A DNA stretch of 60,000 bases, from NCBI RefSeq assembly GCF_037042905.1, contig NC_087250.1:6512001-6572000 (forward strand). Reading direction: 5' to 3'. Of the stretch, positions 35,568 to 49,000 are shown in pieces. The translations under genes and the position numbers were made by a program. Numbering within the stretch: position 1 is the stretch's first letter; each line of letters starts with the position of its first letter. The stretch is from Lytechinus pictus. Its lineage: Eukaryota. The notes beneath the pieces are model-generated. The model ran no database searches, was not told where the DNA came from, and was given only the letters and a program-made list of their open reading frames with translations.

Positions 35568-38129
35568 TTAACTTTAAATTCAATGACTTCAATTTTCAGA
35601 TTTTGATCAAATTTTGTTGTTGAATCTTACTCATTTTATTCAGATATTAATTATTTTCCGCCTGGAGTTCCACTTTAAAAGACCTAAATGAATATTTATT
35701 ATTGTATCATTATTATTATAACACGTAGTAATTAAGAAATGTTTAAATATGACGTTTTCCTGCAACAAACTCCCCGACGAAGCAAAGTTGTAACAGTTGC
35801 AACTCTTTATGCAACGGTCCCCTGAGGCGTTTAAGGGGATTCTCCGGCCTGAAAATATTTATATCTAAATAATTAGAGTAAAATTCACAAAGCAAAATGC
35901 TGAAAATTCATCGAAATCAGATAACAAAACCAAATTATTGAATGTTAAAGATTTGCACTATGTCTGTGAAAATGTTCTAGGCATGTCTCTGTGAATATTA
36001 ATTAGGTGGGCTGATGATGTCAGATATAATACTTCGAGAAACAGATGATGAAAGAGAAAGAGATGAATGAAAGTACGATAGAGGAGAGAAGAATGATAGT
36101 ATGTCTGTCAAGTCATATCATTCTGATTGGATAGATGATATTATCATAGACACGATAGAGGAACAGTTCTAATACAGCTCTATCGGGTAACACAGACTTT
36201 CTCGGAAAATTTCAGAAATTAAATAAAATTAAGTCTTTTCACGAAAGGACCCTGCAGCTCAGATGTTTGATTACACTCAAATCTATTTCGATTGCAATCC
36301 CCATGCAGTGAGTGGTCAGCGTTAAACCAATAATATTTTGAATGTCTCGGAATAAAAAAAAAAAAGGTGAAACCATCTTTGATCTGTATAAAAAACTCAA
36401 TACAAATATAATGTAGCGTTGCCGCTCTGCATGGAGGGGGGGGGGGAGCAGTACAACATCTTTGCATGAATTCGGAAGTGATGGAGGGAACAACGGCGCT
36501 TGTCATTCGGGCGCTTTTGCATTTTCTAGCTAAATTAAACAATTCAATGCACATATGTAGTGAATTTGTGACAATTCTTGGTAAAATGTAATTTTTTTTC
36601 AAAATTTCTCAATGCAACGTACTGCTCACCCCCGCTACGTACGGCCAGTCGGTCATGCAAGGAAATGAGGATTCCACTTTCTTAAAAGGCGATATTACAC
36701 ATCAAATATATTTTATTTACACAGTTATTTCAAATCGACGAACTTTGAATTTGATAAAGGTGATAATTAAGGGCGCCAACTACGATGGCACCCTGCTTCT
36801 TCAACTGAATAATAACAGTTAATGGGTCAATGCAAGGAGGGGAGTGGGAGTTTTTTGAAAGGACGTATTTTAGGTTGCTTTTCCGACATTTTTTTTTATC
36901 CGAAAAAAACATAGTAACAATGATTCACAGTCAATCAAAATCACGGAAACGGAAAATTGTCAGATTTGACATTTCATTGGATACAATGTTGATGAAACGG
37001 TCCCGGATATCAACCCAGTTAACACAAAAACTTTCTATGAATATTATACAAATATTTTTTCAAACATCATGAAAATAATTTAAGGAGATGTTGAAATAAT
37101 ATGATAATGTTAGGTTTTCTCATTGCCATAAAACATTTTCCTAACGTTAAGCTGCAACATCAACAAATAATTAAACTTATATTCATAATGTATTTTAATG
37201 ATATCAATAAAATGTTGCAATAATATCTTTCTGATGTTTTAGGTTAACGTTCTAAAAACGTTTTTAATCACTTCGGAGACCATCAATTTTAATATGATTT
37301 AAAGAAACAAGAAATCATAATGTTGTTTACGTTTAATGTTTTAAATTTGTTATTTTAATAATGTTAAGAAAATGTCGCAAAGATGATATCTCACTGATGT
37401 TTCAAGTGAATGTTTTCAAAATATAATTTTGTTTCAAGTTCAAGTTCATTTTTACAACTCCATCCCACAACCCATATTATCTTATCCTATATATACTACC
37501 ATGATAGCGGAAACGGTCGTAATGATGTCGCTAACTGGTAATACTGGTCATACGTCGTATATACGACGTCTTTATGACGTCCATTTGACCACTTTCAACG
37601 ACAAGTTCATCTTGCATTTGTTATATGACCAGATAATGACGTGATTATACATTGAGACAAAAAAAGTCAAATTTGATGAAAAATGGACATAACCCCATTT
37701 TCAAGTGAGCTCTTCATATATAAGTTCTGTAGGTCCTCATCGAAAACGCACGTGTAAAAAAAATGCATACAAAACAGGACATGGCGCATCTAATTTTGAG
37801 ATGATATTGGGCTAGTGTGCAAGCTAGCACAAACTCATGTTTGACATTCAACCAAAACAGGTATCGAGTGAAGACTAGTCGCCAAAGGTTTGTGTCGCCT
37901 CGCCAGCCAGCACGTGATCTGTGTATTTGCATGCAACAAACCGTTATACTGAAATCGAGTGTGCTGGACCCCCGCCAATATACTTCCTTAAGTGACTGCT
38001 TTTTTTTTTACTTGTCAAGACACTTCAGGGTAAGCATGATTACTAATATTTATCATCAATTAAGTAAAGAATCCATGCCTAAATTGGCTAAAATTTCAGT
38101 ATAATATTAGAATCACCAATCACTGATGA

Positions 38130-38970
38130 GGGTAAATCTAATCCTAAGAAATTCTGGTAGTATGCAAAATTCAAGACTAACGTTAAGATTGAAATACCAC
38201 CTCTATTACAAGAATATACTGTAAATAGCAATTCATTGACAAATCTGATGCAGAGATATCAAATGCACTCTTGTAATACTTTTCTCGTATATTTAACGAC
38301 GATGCTATTTGGCCTATCCTTTCTATTCAACGCCATGATGTCCCTATTTTGGACAAAGTAATTATTACTGAAGAATGTGTCTTGAAGAAATACAAAAAAT
38401 TGAATGTTTCAAAATCATCAGGTCCGGATGGGTTACATCCACGTGTTTTGCTTGAACTGACATCTATTCTTGCAAAACCTTTGAGGATTATCAACTCGAA
38501 CTCACTTGCATCAGGCTTAGTCCCAAGTATGTGGAAGTTAGCCAATGTTAGTGCAGTATTCAAGAAGGGAGATCGTAAACTCCCGTCAAACTACAGATCT
38601 ATAAGTCTATAATTGTATAATATGTGAAATCATTGAGTCTATTCTAAGGGACGAACTGTGTGAGTATGTGAAAAGCAGTGTAAACCAATTTGGATTTTTA
38701 TCCGATCGATCAACAATGTTGCAGTTGCTCAGTGTTTTAGATGATCGGACATGTATGAAGGATATCGGCGGTGCAGTTGACGTCATATAACTAGACTTCA
38801 TGAAGTTTTTTGATAATGTCCCACACCAGAGGCAAAGTCCCGAACCAGAGCCAAAGTAGAGGGATTTGGCATATCCAAGCCCATATGTGAGTGGGTCAGA
38901 ACTTTTCTGGTCAGTAGGAAGCACCGTGTTTGTGTTAATGGTTCCTTCTCTGACTGGGCACACATCAAGT
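38130..38970 (+). pseudogene. Degraded internal fragment of a CR1-like LINE RT
   Basis: NPKKFW, KSSGPDGLHPRVL, WKLANVSAVFKKGDRKLPSNYRSISL, NQFGF, LDFMKFFDNVPH; several stops and frameshifts. Confidence 0.85.
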
Positions 38971-39990
38971 GTGTGTGTGTATTTCTCTTGACTTTTACTT
39001 TTATTAATGCGAACTAAGCCTCATCATCTGTGGAACTTTCCTTTTAATTTCTGAAAGCAACATTTCAAACGTTTTCATTACAAGTAATAGGCGTCTATCT
39101 TACAAAGAAAATAAGCGGAATGTCATATTGAGTACAATCATTTCAAATAAACGTACAAAGTAAACGTATAACTTACTCACACAGTTCGACCCTTATAATA
39201 GACTCAATGATTTCACATACTTTAATTTTTGCTTTGTATATTATTTAATGCCATTATTTTGGTAATTTATTATATGTTATATATTGTTCTTTGTATACCA
39301 ACAGCCGGAATATGATTTTTGTGCCAATGTAATTTTTATTTTGAGCATGACAATAAATGTTGAATATCTGAATATTTAATGGTGGTAGAATTAGTAGCAT
39401 CAGTGGCATGAACAGTAATAGCACCAGTAGTAGTAGTTGTAAAGAAATTGCAGTAGAAGTAAGAGTACACACTTAAAAATAGGTAGTCAAAATTTGACTA
39501 GTTTGGGTAGTCATTTCAAAATAACCCTGGATGTAGTCAAATTTGACTGCATATGGGGTCAACCTTTCACTGTTTACTTTGCCTTTTGGCTTTTTGACTG
39601 CGCCGGAAGTTAAAAATGACTAGGTGTATGAAGTGGAAAAATAACTTGCCTAAAGAGTCATCATCAAAATGACTGCAATGCAAGTTGAACGGCGGAGGGA
39701 TATATTACTGTGTGCAGTGTTCAATAATCAATAGTTATTTTGCTAATACTTGTAATGTTGTAATAGCAAACAAATTTAATCAGTGTGAAAGAAACAACAT
39801 TTTAAAACTTTCCATGTGTTTCACTTCATTTGCGTTGTGATATATATTATTTTTATCAAAGAACTATTTTACTTCAGGTCGAATCACTCAATGTATGGTG
39901 AGTATGATTTCGAATTTCCCGCCGCGTCTCAAGTAAATGCGAATTTTTTTACTGCAGTCTAGTCTGCATGCGACCGCTTAGTTGGTGTTG

Positions 39991-40048
39991 ATGATGGAGA
40001 GGCTCCTAAATAAGTGGGGATTAGGTGGTTTAGTTGCTGTGTTTGAAG
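39991..40048 (+). CDS. SAM-gene exon 1 (MMERLLNKWGLGGLVAVFE)
   Basis: ATG after an in-frame stop; strong donor GAAG|GTAAGA; supplies the missing first half of the SAM motif in exon 2. Confidence 0.7.
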
Positions 40049-43000
40049 GTAAGAAATTTGTCTTGAGTGTCAAACATATTTGTGTCTTTACTATGTAAAC
40101 TTACATGATTGTAGTATTTCGTTAAGCTTAAGTAATTTCACAAAATAACACGTTGACATTGACATTGCCATTGCAGTGCATGGCATACTGTAACCCAGAG
40201 AGCTCCCGCCCGCGCAGCGGGCGCACGTACGTGCATAGCGCCAACTTAATGTGTTCCGCCATCTTGCTTGTTGGTTGCCGATAAAATGCGCATTTTCAGA
40301 TTTTTTAACGCTCAGTTATTATCCATGACTGAAACATTGACCAATCAAAAACTAAGATTCTACAAGAAATATGAATATTCATATACGAAAGTATAAACAT
40401 AGATAATTCAGTTTTATGTGAAATTTAAACCCAATACTTCAAAATATGGTTAGTTTTATGTCTCTAAAATGACCCTTAAAACCAGAATTTTATTAGTAAA
40501 AAATAAAGGTTTTCCCAAGTTGCCATGGTAACGCAGTCTGAGATATAAAAGCTTAGCAAACACTTCATTTCAGTGATCGAGGATGTATTTGTTTACGGTA
40601 TACGTCTACATAAATTATAACATTTTTTTCCAGACCATGGATGAACTTTCAAAAAGAGACATTTTAGGCAAGTTTTTACGATTTCCGGCAATTTTCTGAC
40701 ACAGGCACTTTGAAGAGGTAATTTTTACAGAATTAGAAGAAGACATCATGGATTTTCCTAATTATCACGACGGATATGCAACTTACTTGTAAACAAATCA
40801 AACAAAGTCTATGATACATTTTCGATAATGCAAAAAGAGACATTCAAGTCTCTGATTGAGAGCCGCAGATTGAACATTCGCACGGCGCAATGGTAGCGTT
40901 TTCGCCGAATTCGTCGGGGCGAAAACTCCAAGAGAGCCGTACCACTCACCAGTCCCGAACGCTGCGCTGTATGTTTGATGATTTATCTGGTGCCATTTCG
41001 TGCTTATAAATTTGTTTTTTCTACAATGCCACTATCTCATTAAAATTGTTTGTCATGATAACATTGGAAATATTATCGTTTAATGGCCCAAAGGATCGAC
41101 TGTAATAAAAGATACTTTGAAATATTGTCAGAGAGTGATTAGTTAGGTGATGTTTATGGTCAAAATTTAGTCATGGCTTCGGGTGAACTTACGCGAACGC
41201 GGTCACTTGCTCACGGGGCGAGTCGGCCTGGCCCTTTGGTGGAAGGCCGTTAGGCAACGTGCAGTGCAGCTAGAGCAGAGTTGGGGAGTTATAGGTATAA
41301 AAATACTTTGAAATAAGTAATCTGCAAATATTTTTGTCTTATCCCTTTGGATTACTTAGATAAGAAATTCAAATTCTCAAAGTTTAAATCAAATTTTAGA
41401 CAGTGACAACAAAGAGTGGTGCTGTATGGGGGGGGGGGGTGGGGTCTTGCATGCCCCCAATTCACGAACAAGAAAAAAAAGGAAAAGGTAAGAGAATCTT
41501 GCGAAATTGTTCAATTGGATTTTTGTAACCAAAAGTGAAAATTATGCTTATGTCGCTTGCTTGCAACTATATATTTTATAAATTTTGCCTGATACGCCAT
41601 ATCGTAGTACCCTCATGCAATTATTTTCACTTGTTACGCCACTGACATGACTGATATAACATCTACTAGTTTATGATAACATTATTTGGTTGCGGGATCA
41701 AAGCATCAGCTATATAGCTAAACATTTATACTTTATGCCTGTTCAACTTCTAATACAGGTTTAGGCCTGTATTTATGAGATGTTAAGATCTATGGGTGCC
41801 TTTATTATTTTCATTTTCAATTAAAACAATTATTAATTATGTATTAATTTAGTATTAACCTCGATGATACATTTTATTGTATTAAATCGTACAATTTATG
41901 TTGTATTGTATTAAGCCCCTTATTAAGCCCTTTTAAAAACATGCTCAGTAGCAGACCCCCCCATATATAAAGACAATAGAAGTGTATATATAGAATTAAT
42001 TGAACCCCCCCCCCTTATTGAGGACAAAATGAAAAAAAATACTCAAAATAATCGACCGCCCCCCCCCCCCCTTTGACGAGGCAGCTGTCGGTGGCCTGAT
42101 GTCTTCATTGACTTCTTTTTGCTTGTAAAAATAATATTAAAGGAATAGGGGCTACTCTAAGTGTCCCCTGTGAAAATTGATTTGGATCTGCAAGTGCATG
42201 AGGCTGCGCCCCCTCCAACGTCATAGCTACCCCATATCTTTAGGTTCTAGCTCTCATATTTTTCAGCTCCCGTGTTTTTTGGAAGAAAAAAAAACGAGGC
42301 GAAAGAAAAGAGTGAAATAAATGAAATACGATTAATCAAAATTTGAGTTGTTTGAAAGAATTATACTTATCAGAGAAACTAAATTAAATTCTACAACCAT
42401 GAAGAATAACAGCAATCTTGATAAATTCTGTTTTTTTTTTCAAAATCAGAACCAATCAACCTTTTTCTGATTATTCTGTCACTTTCCATATTTTGGAGAA
42501 AAAAATAAAAGTGTTCATCGACGCCCTGTACTATACTGCATGATGAAACTGTATCCCCACTCGGCCCTCGTAACCCCCCCCCCCCCCTCTCTCCCTCTCC
42601 TCCTCCCCCACCACAATGCCCCTTGCTCATTTCTCTTATCTCACCTTGACCTTAATTAATTAATCTTAACTATTTGGCGGTACAGTCAAACGTGACTGGT
42701 CGCCATCATAGTTTCATCCCCAACAAACAAGGAACAAACTAACAATTCTGTTTTTCGACCCAACATCATTCCTTTCAATACGCGTAAGGCTATACGTGGG
42801 CATGCACAAACAACGTGGGTTAACAAAAACTGACCCGCGTTTGGACTAAAATTGTGATTAAAATAAAAATGTTATAAATATGAAAAAAATATGTGTATAA
42901 TGAAGGATATCTGATAAACGGAAAAACATCAATCGCTATTTCATAAAAATGCTGGAAAAGATTTGACAGAGGTTTTTAACAACGGTAATCAAGGGGAATT

Positions 43001-46000
43001 AGTGTATGGGTGAATGGCGTTCGAGCTTTAACCGAGCGTTAGCCGGAGAGGGCGCGGGCCAAATCTGCCTGAATCTGGCAATATGGCGTCGTCCATTAAG
43101 CTGACGTTAGCCAGCGGCGACTGCACGTACGTGGGCGGGAGCCCAGAATCTAAGACTAAGACAAGTAACACTTAACATAACAGACATTAATGCTAAGTCA
43201 ATCGTATTTCAACACTGATTATTCTGAAGTAAAGCGTTCCTGAATAAAAGAAACTGCTGAGAATTATACTTATTCATATGAAGATGAAATAGAGGGGATG
43301 GACTAGGCCTAAACTTCAACTTTCAAGCTTGAAGTTTGGGCCTAGTCCGTCCCCGCTATTTTCATACCCCATGACTACATCGACAATCTCGCTAGCCGGC
43401 TAGCACCGGCGATATCAAAGGCCGGATCCCGCTCTGACCATATCCCTACATTGACCTAAATTTGAATAGGCCTAAAATCGACAGTTTGTCGTTACTAAAA
43501 AACAGGAGGTCGGAAACAAGTCCACATCTACCCCTGATAATTGTCTAATCACAATAAAACTGAAATAAAATTAAAGGTTTACTTTGGACCTACATGAAGC
43601 ATTCCGATGAATGTCTAGATCTACGATAAACTATATAGACCCCTAGATATAGTATTTTTTGAGAAACTCAATGATCACACTTATTTGGAAGTCGGGCAAA
43701 AGAAATATTGAAATTGAGGTTTACATAGTGCGTAATACCGTATGGGTACTAGTATTCAACCCGGCATAATTCAAAGATTTTGACATATTCCCCAATATAT
43801 TTAGAAATGGGGAATTTATCTTAATTTCACACCTTTGTTATTTCCAGGGTATTCTGTTGTCGATATTTTCTTTGTCAATCTGTCGACTGTATGCGCGGAG
43901 GGTCGAATTATGCGGCGATGGCCTTTTGCACTGAATGGTACTAGTATTCAACCTAGTGAGGATTGATAGCAAATCTCAAAAGGGTTTAGATTGCTAAATT
44001 AGATCTAGATCTATGTAAGTCTCTGGCTTTGATTAATTCCCTGTTTGGTCTCATCTCAAATGGTCTAGTCCATAGTCGGATGGGACAAGTGCAGATTGAG
44101 AGACAGGGCCATCTTTCATCGCCAGGTTGAATACTAGTACCGACGGGTTGAATACTAGTACCAAAATCCGTCGCCGTATAATTCGATCGCCCGCGCACAC
44201 AGTCAACTGGTTGAAGAAAAAAATAACGGAAAAAGAATAACCAGCATTTGCTCTTGGAAATAAGACGGGTCTGAAATTCAGGTAAATTCTATATTTCTAT
44301 ATATTTGAGGAAACTCTCCAAACGGGTTGAATACTAGTAGTGCCCCTTACGGTACAGGATGAGCCCCGAACCCCGGCAAACACATTACAATTTGCAAGTG
44401 AGATCAAAACATGAAAATGAGCCGCGTAACTTATTTTTATTCCTATGGAATGTCATTAGAATAGTATTGATGTTCCCTCCAAGATTTTCCGCTCCAATGA
44501 AGTTCACTCAGAAACCATGATTTCGAACATCAATTCTATAAACAGATAATTAGTCTAGCTATTTCGTTTCAGAAACTTCAAATTTGCAGAGTCCAAAAGA
44601 ACGACACTTCGCACAGATATCGTAGGGAATTGTGGGACAGAAAAAAATGTTTAATGCATGAGTACATGAATAAAACATTAGCGTTTAATCCAATCATACA
44701 AGTGCATTATGCGTATTTTGACGTCATTCTCATGAATAAAACATTGACCCTCCAAAATCATCCTTCAAATTGTCCGCCGGCAGCCATGTTGGCTATGTGC
44801 AAAACCTATGGGAAATAAAACACGCGGAAAGAGTTCCCTCTCTAGCTCCCTTTGGGAGCTTACGTATACGTAAGATCGTATCTCTGTGCCTACAACACAC
44901 AGTACAATGTCCCATGCAATGTCTATGCGCTTGTGTGCTTTACGCATACACACAACCCAGTGTGTAAGCACTGCGCGCATATCATATGCAAATAGGTAGA
45001 CAGGCCAGTCTATTCTCAAGCAGGGTAGAGTAAGTTACTTACAAAGATAATCAAAGAGTTGCCTAAATTTTAGCAATATCAGTTTTAGGAAGAAAACAAA
45101 CTGAATAATCATGCCTTTAGAATCTATTATAATGCAATGAAAATGATATTTAGCCACTGTATCTTCTGTTTGACATATTTCCCCATTATGTTGATACCCC
45201 TATTCCGAAATTGATGAACCTATATGGTATGATAAGTTTATTGAACTTTATTGAACCCTGTATGTCTAGACTATTCCATTTTCAGTTAGGTATGTGGTGC
45301 ATCATAAATGACTTGGAAGTACTAACAATTGTTTTTCTCACAAGTAAAATGTATTCTTATAACTGCAGGAATTTATTTTTTCATAAAGATGTTATTTCTT
45401 AAGATTTATGTCTATCATTCATCCCATGTAAAGCTCCTACAGGTTGCATAGGGCCAATGTCTTATTACTCTGAAATCATATATCCCCATAAGTAAGAGCT
45501 GTGTTCCACACTAAGTATTGATTAGACTCTCAAGTTGCCAATGGGAAGAGTGGTCATTGAAATCCTCTCTGACAGGCCCTCTGTCGCGAATGAGTTAAAT
45601 CGTAAGCACAGCTTACATCGCAAAATTGGATGTTCAGTTGAATTTTTGGACAGTTGAAAATTAACGCAAAAAATTGCATTTTGAAAATGAATAGAGTTTT
45701 GGGTCTGATATGAAGACAAATATTGGATTTTGGACCCTGAAATTGTTTTTTGATGTTAAGCCGGCATGTACAATTTTGTACGCCAATGTTAGAAAAGACG
45801 CGCAAGCGTTGTTTTAAATCGTAAGTACAGCTTACATCGCAAAATTGGACGTTCGGTCAGATTTTTGGACAGTTGAAAATTAACGCAAAAAATTGCATTT
45901 TGAAAATGAATAGAGTTTTGACAAATAGACAAATATTGGATTTGGGACCCTGAAATTTTTAGAATTGGATGTTTAGAATTGCAAAATTGGACGTTCATTT

Positions 46001-49000
46001 AAATTTTTGAAAATGAATAGAGTTTTGTGTCTGGTATAAAGACAAATATTGGATTTTGGACCCTGAATTTTTTTTTCGGATGTTTAGCCGGCATGTACAA
46101 AAACCCAAATAAAATTCCTCATTGATCTTTTTTGCCTGCCAGGACCAGTAACAAAAGTCTACCAAATTCTGCCTGTTTTTATTTGGTACTACTGATAATA
46201 ATATACTTCCCTACATGTATCTTTTGCCAGGTGTCATTAACATAATCAAGGCCTAGCTCCTTGGTTGCTGGATATTCATTTTGCAATTAGACATTATAAA
46301 TAAATTGACCTCTAGATGACCTTCGACCTGTCGGGTCACTTCAAAACCCCAAGCAATGTAATACTAGTCAGTCAAGGATCCCGTTGACCAAATTTGGTGG
46401 CCAACTTTTTGTGATAAAACAAATTTCACCTAAGTAATCTGCTTAATATGGCCTTTTATCGTGCATAAAAATCTCACTTTTGATGAAAAAATTTCAGGGA
46501 TGATTTTTGGGATCATAACATGCACCTTTAACGGTTAACCTATAGATAGTTAACAAAATAATGGTTCATTTTTTAGTAAATCGCAGAATGCCCCTGCCTT
46601 TAATTTAACTTCCATGAATTGCCAAAGGAAACCAAAAGTGGTTGTGACAATGAATGATTTCAAGTGCTGTAACTTCTGTCACTATTTATGTGTGCAGGTA
46701 AAAAAGTCATGTTTTTGACACTTTTTGACATGTTTTATAATGCTGAACCATCAGAAAATTTGGTACCAGTAACCAAAAAAAAAACGAGAGATCATGGCGT
46801 AGATGTATTTTGAATGACTGAATGTTCATATTTTGTTTTTTCATGTCCGTCTTTTCAGAGAATGGTATAGATGATCATGCCTTTAAACATTTGGAGGAGG
46901 ATAAAGATGCCATAAAGTTGTTGATTCCGAAGTTAGGAGAGAGGATAAAATTTCTTCTGCACTACAGACCATACATAAAACAACTTCAGGTACATGTAGT
47001 ACATTGACCATATACATGTATACTATATATTGACCATGGGATTTGTGTGTTATAAGTGCCAAAACACTATATATTTTGGGTTTCGTTACTACTTAAAGCA
47101 TCTGAGAGTTGTTCATGACATTATCCAAGGAAACCAGTTTAGATGCCCTGTACCTTGTTATCAGGATGGATGTATGAGGACATTTCAATATACTTGGTCT
47201 TTAAAGAGACATTTTAAAAGTGAACATGCACAACTTGAACATGTTGATGATGATCAGCAAAATGAAGAAGCTTTTCAGGAGCAGGACCCTCAGGCTCAGC
47301 AACTTGATTTGGATCTAAATCAAGACATAGCTGATGAAGAAGATGAGGAAAATGAACCAGAAACTGACATTTTCATAAAAAGTGCACAATTTCTTTGCAA
47401 GCTTAAATCTACACGACATGTCACTGGTACCACTGTGTCCCTAGTTCAGCAGTCAACCACAGATCTTATTTCTGACATAGTTGGGTGTATAGGCGAGAAA
47501 GTGAAGACACTTGTTGCAAATTTAGGTGTTGATGAAGAAAATCCGGAATGGCAAGAATTATCCAACTGTCTGAATAATCTTGAACAGCCATTTTCTGAAG
47601 TAAACACAGATTACAAACTGAAGAAATACTTACGAAAATTACAGGGCTTTGTCGAGCCAAAGTCAATTAATTTTATGAATGGAAATCAATTAGCTGTCGA
47701 GTATGTACAAAGAACAGATAGAAAAACCGGAGAAGTGCAGCAAACAGAAATCAACAAAGATTTCCAGTATGTACCATTGAAACTACTCCTTCGACAGATA
47801 CTGATGAGTAAAGGTTTGATGGAAGCTATAATAGAACATCAACAAAATGTTAAGGATGACATTCTTCAGGATTTCCAAGATGGTGAACTGTGCAAAAGCC
47901 ACCTGAATATCTACGGCCATAAAGTCCTCTTGTTGATATATGGTGATGACGTTGAGGTTTGCAATCCACTTGGATCGAGGAAGCATAAAATCGGTTTAAT
48001 GTACTTCACGATCAAGAGTCTACCAAGAAAGTACACATCCGCACTCGAGCATATTTACCTTTTGGCTGTTTATAACAATAATGATGCAAAAGCCTATGGA
48101 ATGGATCAAATCTTACGTCCCATAATCAATGATTTGAAGAGTCTGGAGAGTGATGGGATTGACATTGAAACTGATGTGTTTTCAGGCAACATTCGCTTTG
48201 GAGTGGCACAAGTTGTTGGTGATAATCTGGGTGTCCATGGTCTCCTTGGATTTGTGGAATCTTTTTCAGCAAACTTCCCTTGTCGTCATTGCAAAATCTC
48301 CAGAGATGAAATTCAGACACAATATATTGCAAGTTCTGTTCTTAGGAATGAACATAACTATATGGAGGATGTTGCTATAAATGACGTATCAGCAACTGGC
48401 ATCAGACGGAACAGCATTTTCAATGAGCTTCAGACATTTCACGTAACTAGGAACTATGCCCCAGACATCATGCATGATGTTTTGGAAGGGGTGTGCATGT
48501 GGGAACTTAAGATTGTGATACGAGAACTTATACGAAGCGGTAAATTTACACTGGAACTTCTGAATGGCAGGATAACCAGCTATGATTATGGATTCACTGA
48601 CAAGTGCAACAAACCAACCTGCTTCACAGAAAAAGATCTCAGATCTCCAAATGCTGCAGGACAAACAGCTGCACAGATGTGGTGCATAATGAGGCATTTC
48701 TGTCTTATGATGGGCGACTGTGTTGAAGAAGATAATCAATACTGGGAGGTCATACTTCTCCTGATTGAGTGCATGGACATCATTTTCTCCCCTGTCAATA
48801 CTGTAGGAGAAACTCGCTATCTCACGCAACTCATAAGAGATCATCATCAAATGTATGTTGAAGTGTTTGAAGCTCATCTCAAACCCAAGCACCATTTTAT
48901 GTTGCATTATGCAAAAGCTATCAGAGAGATTGGGCCATTGGGGCAATATTGGGCTATGAGGTTTGAAGCTAAGCATAACGACTCCAAACAGATGGGTCAT

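Noticed and set aside
37012..37420. Possible EnSpm-like MITE beginning CCCAGTTAACACAAAA with AACATT/AATGTT motifs
   Set aside because: Too degenerate; no matching right end or TSD found
48389..49000. 203-aa antisense ORF within the transposase
   Set aside because: Shadow ORF of the coding strand with no motif
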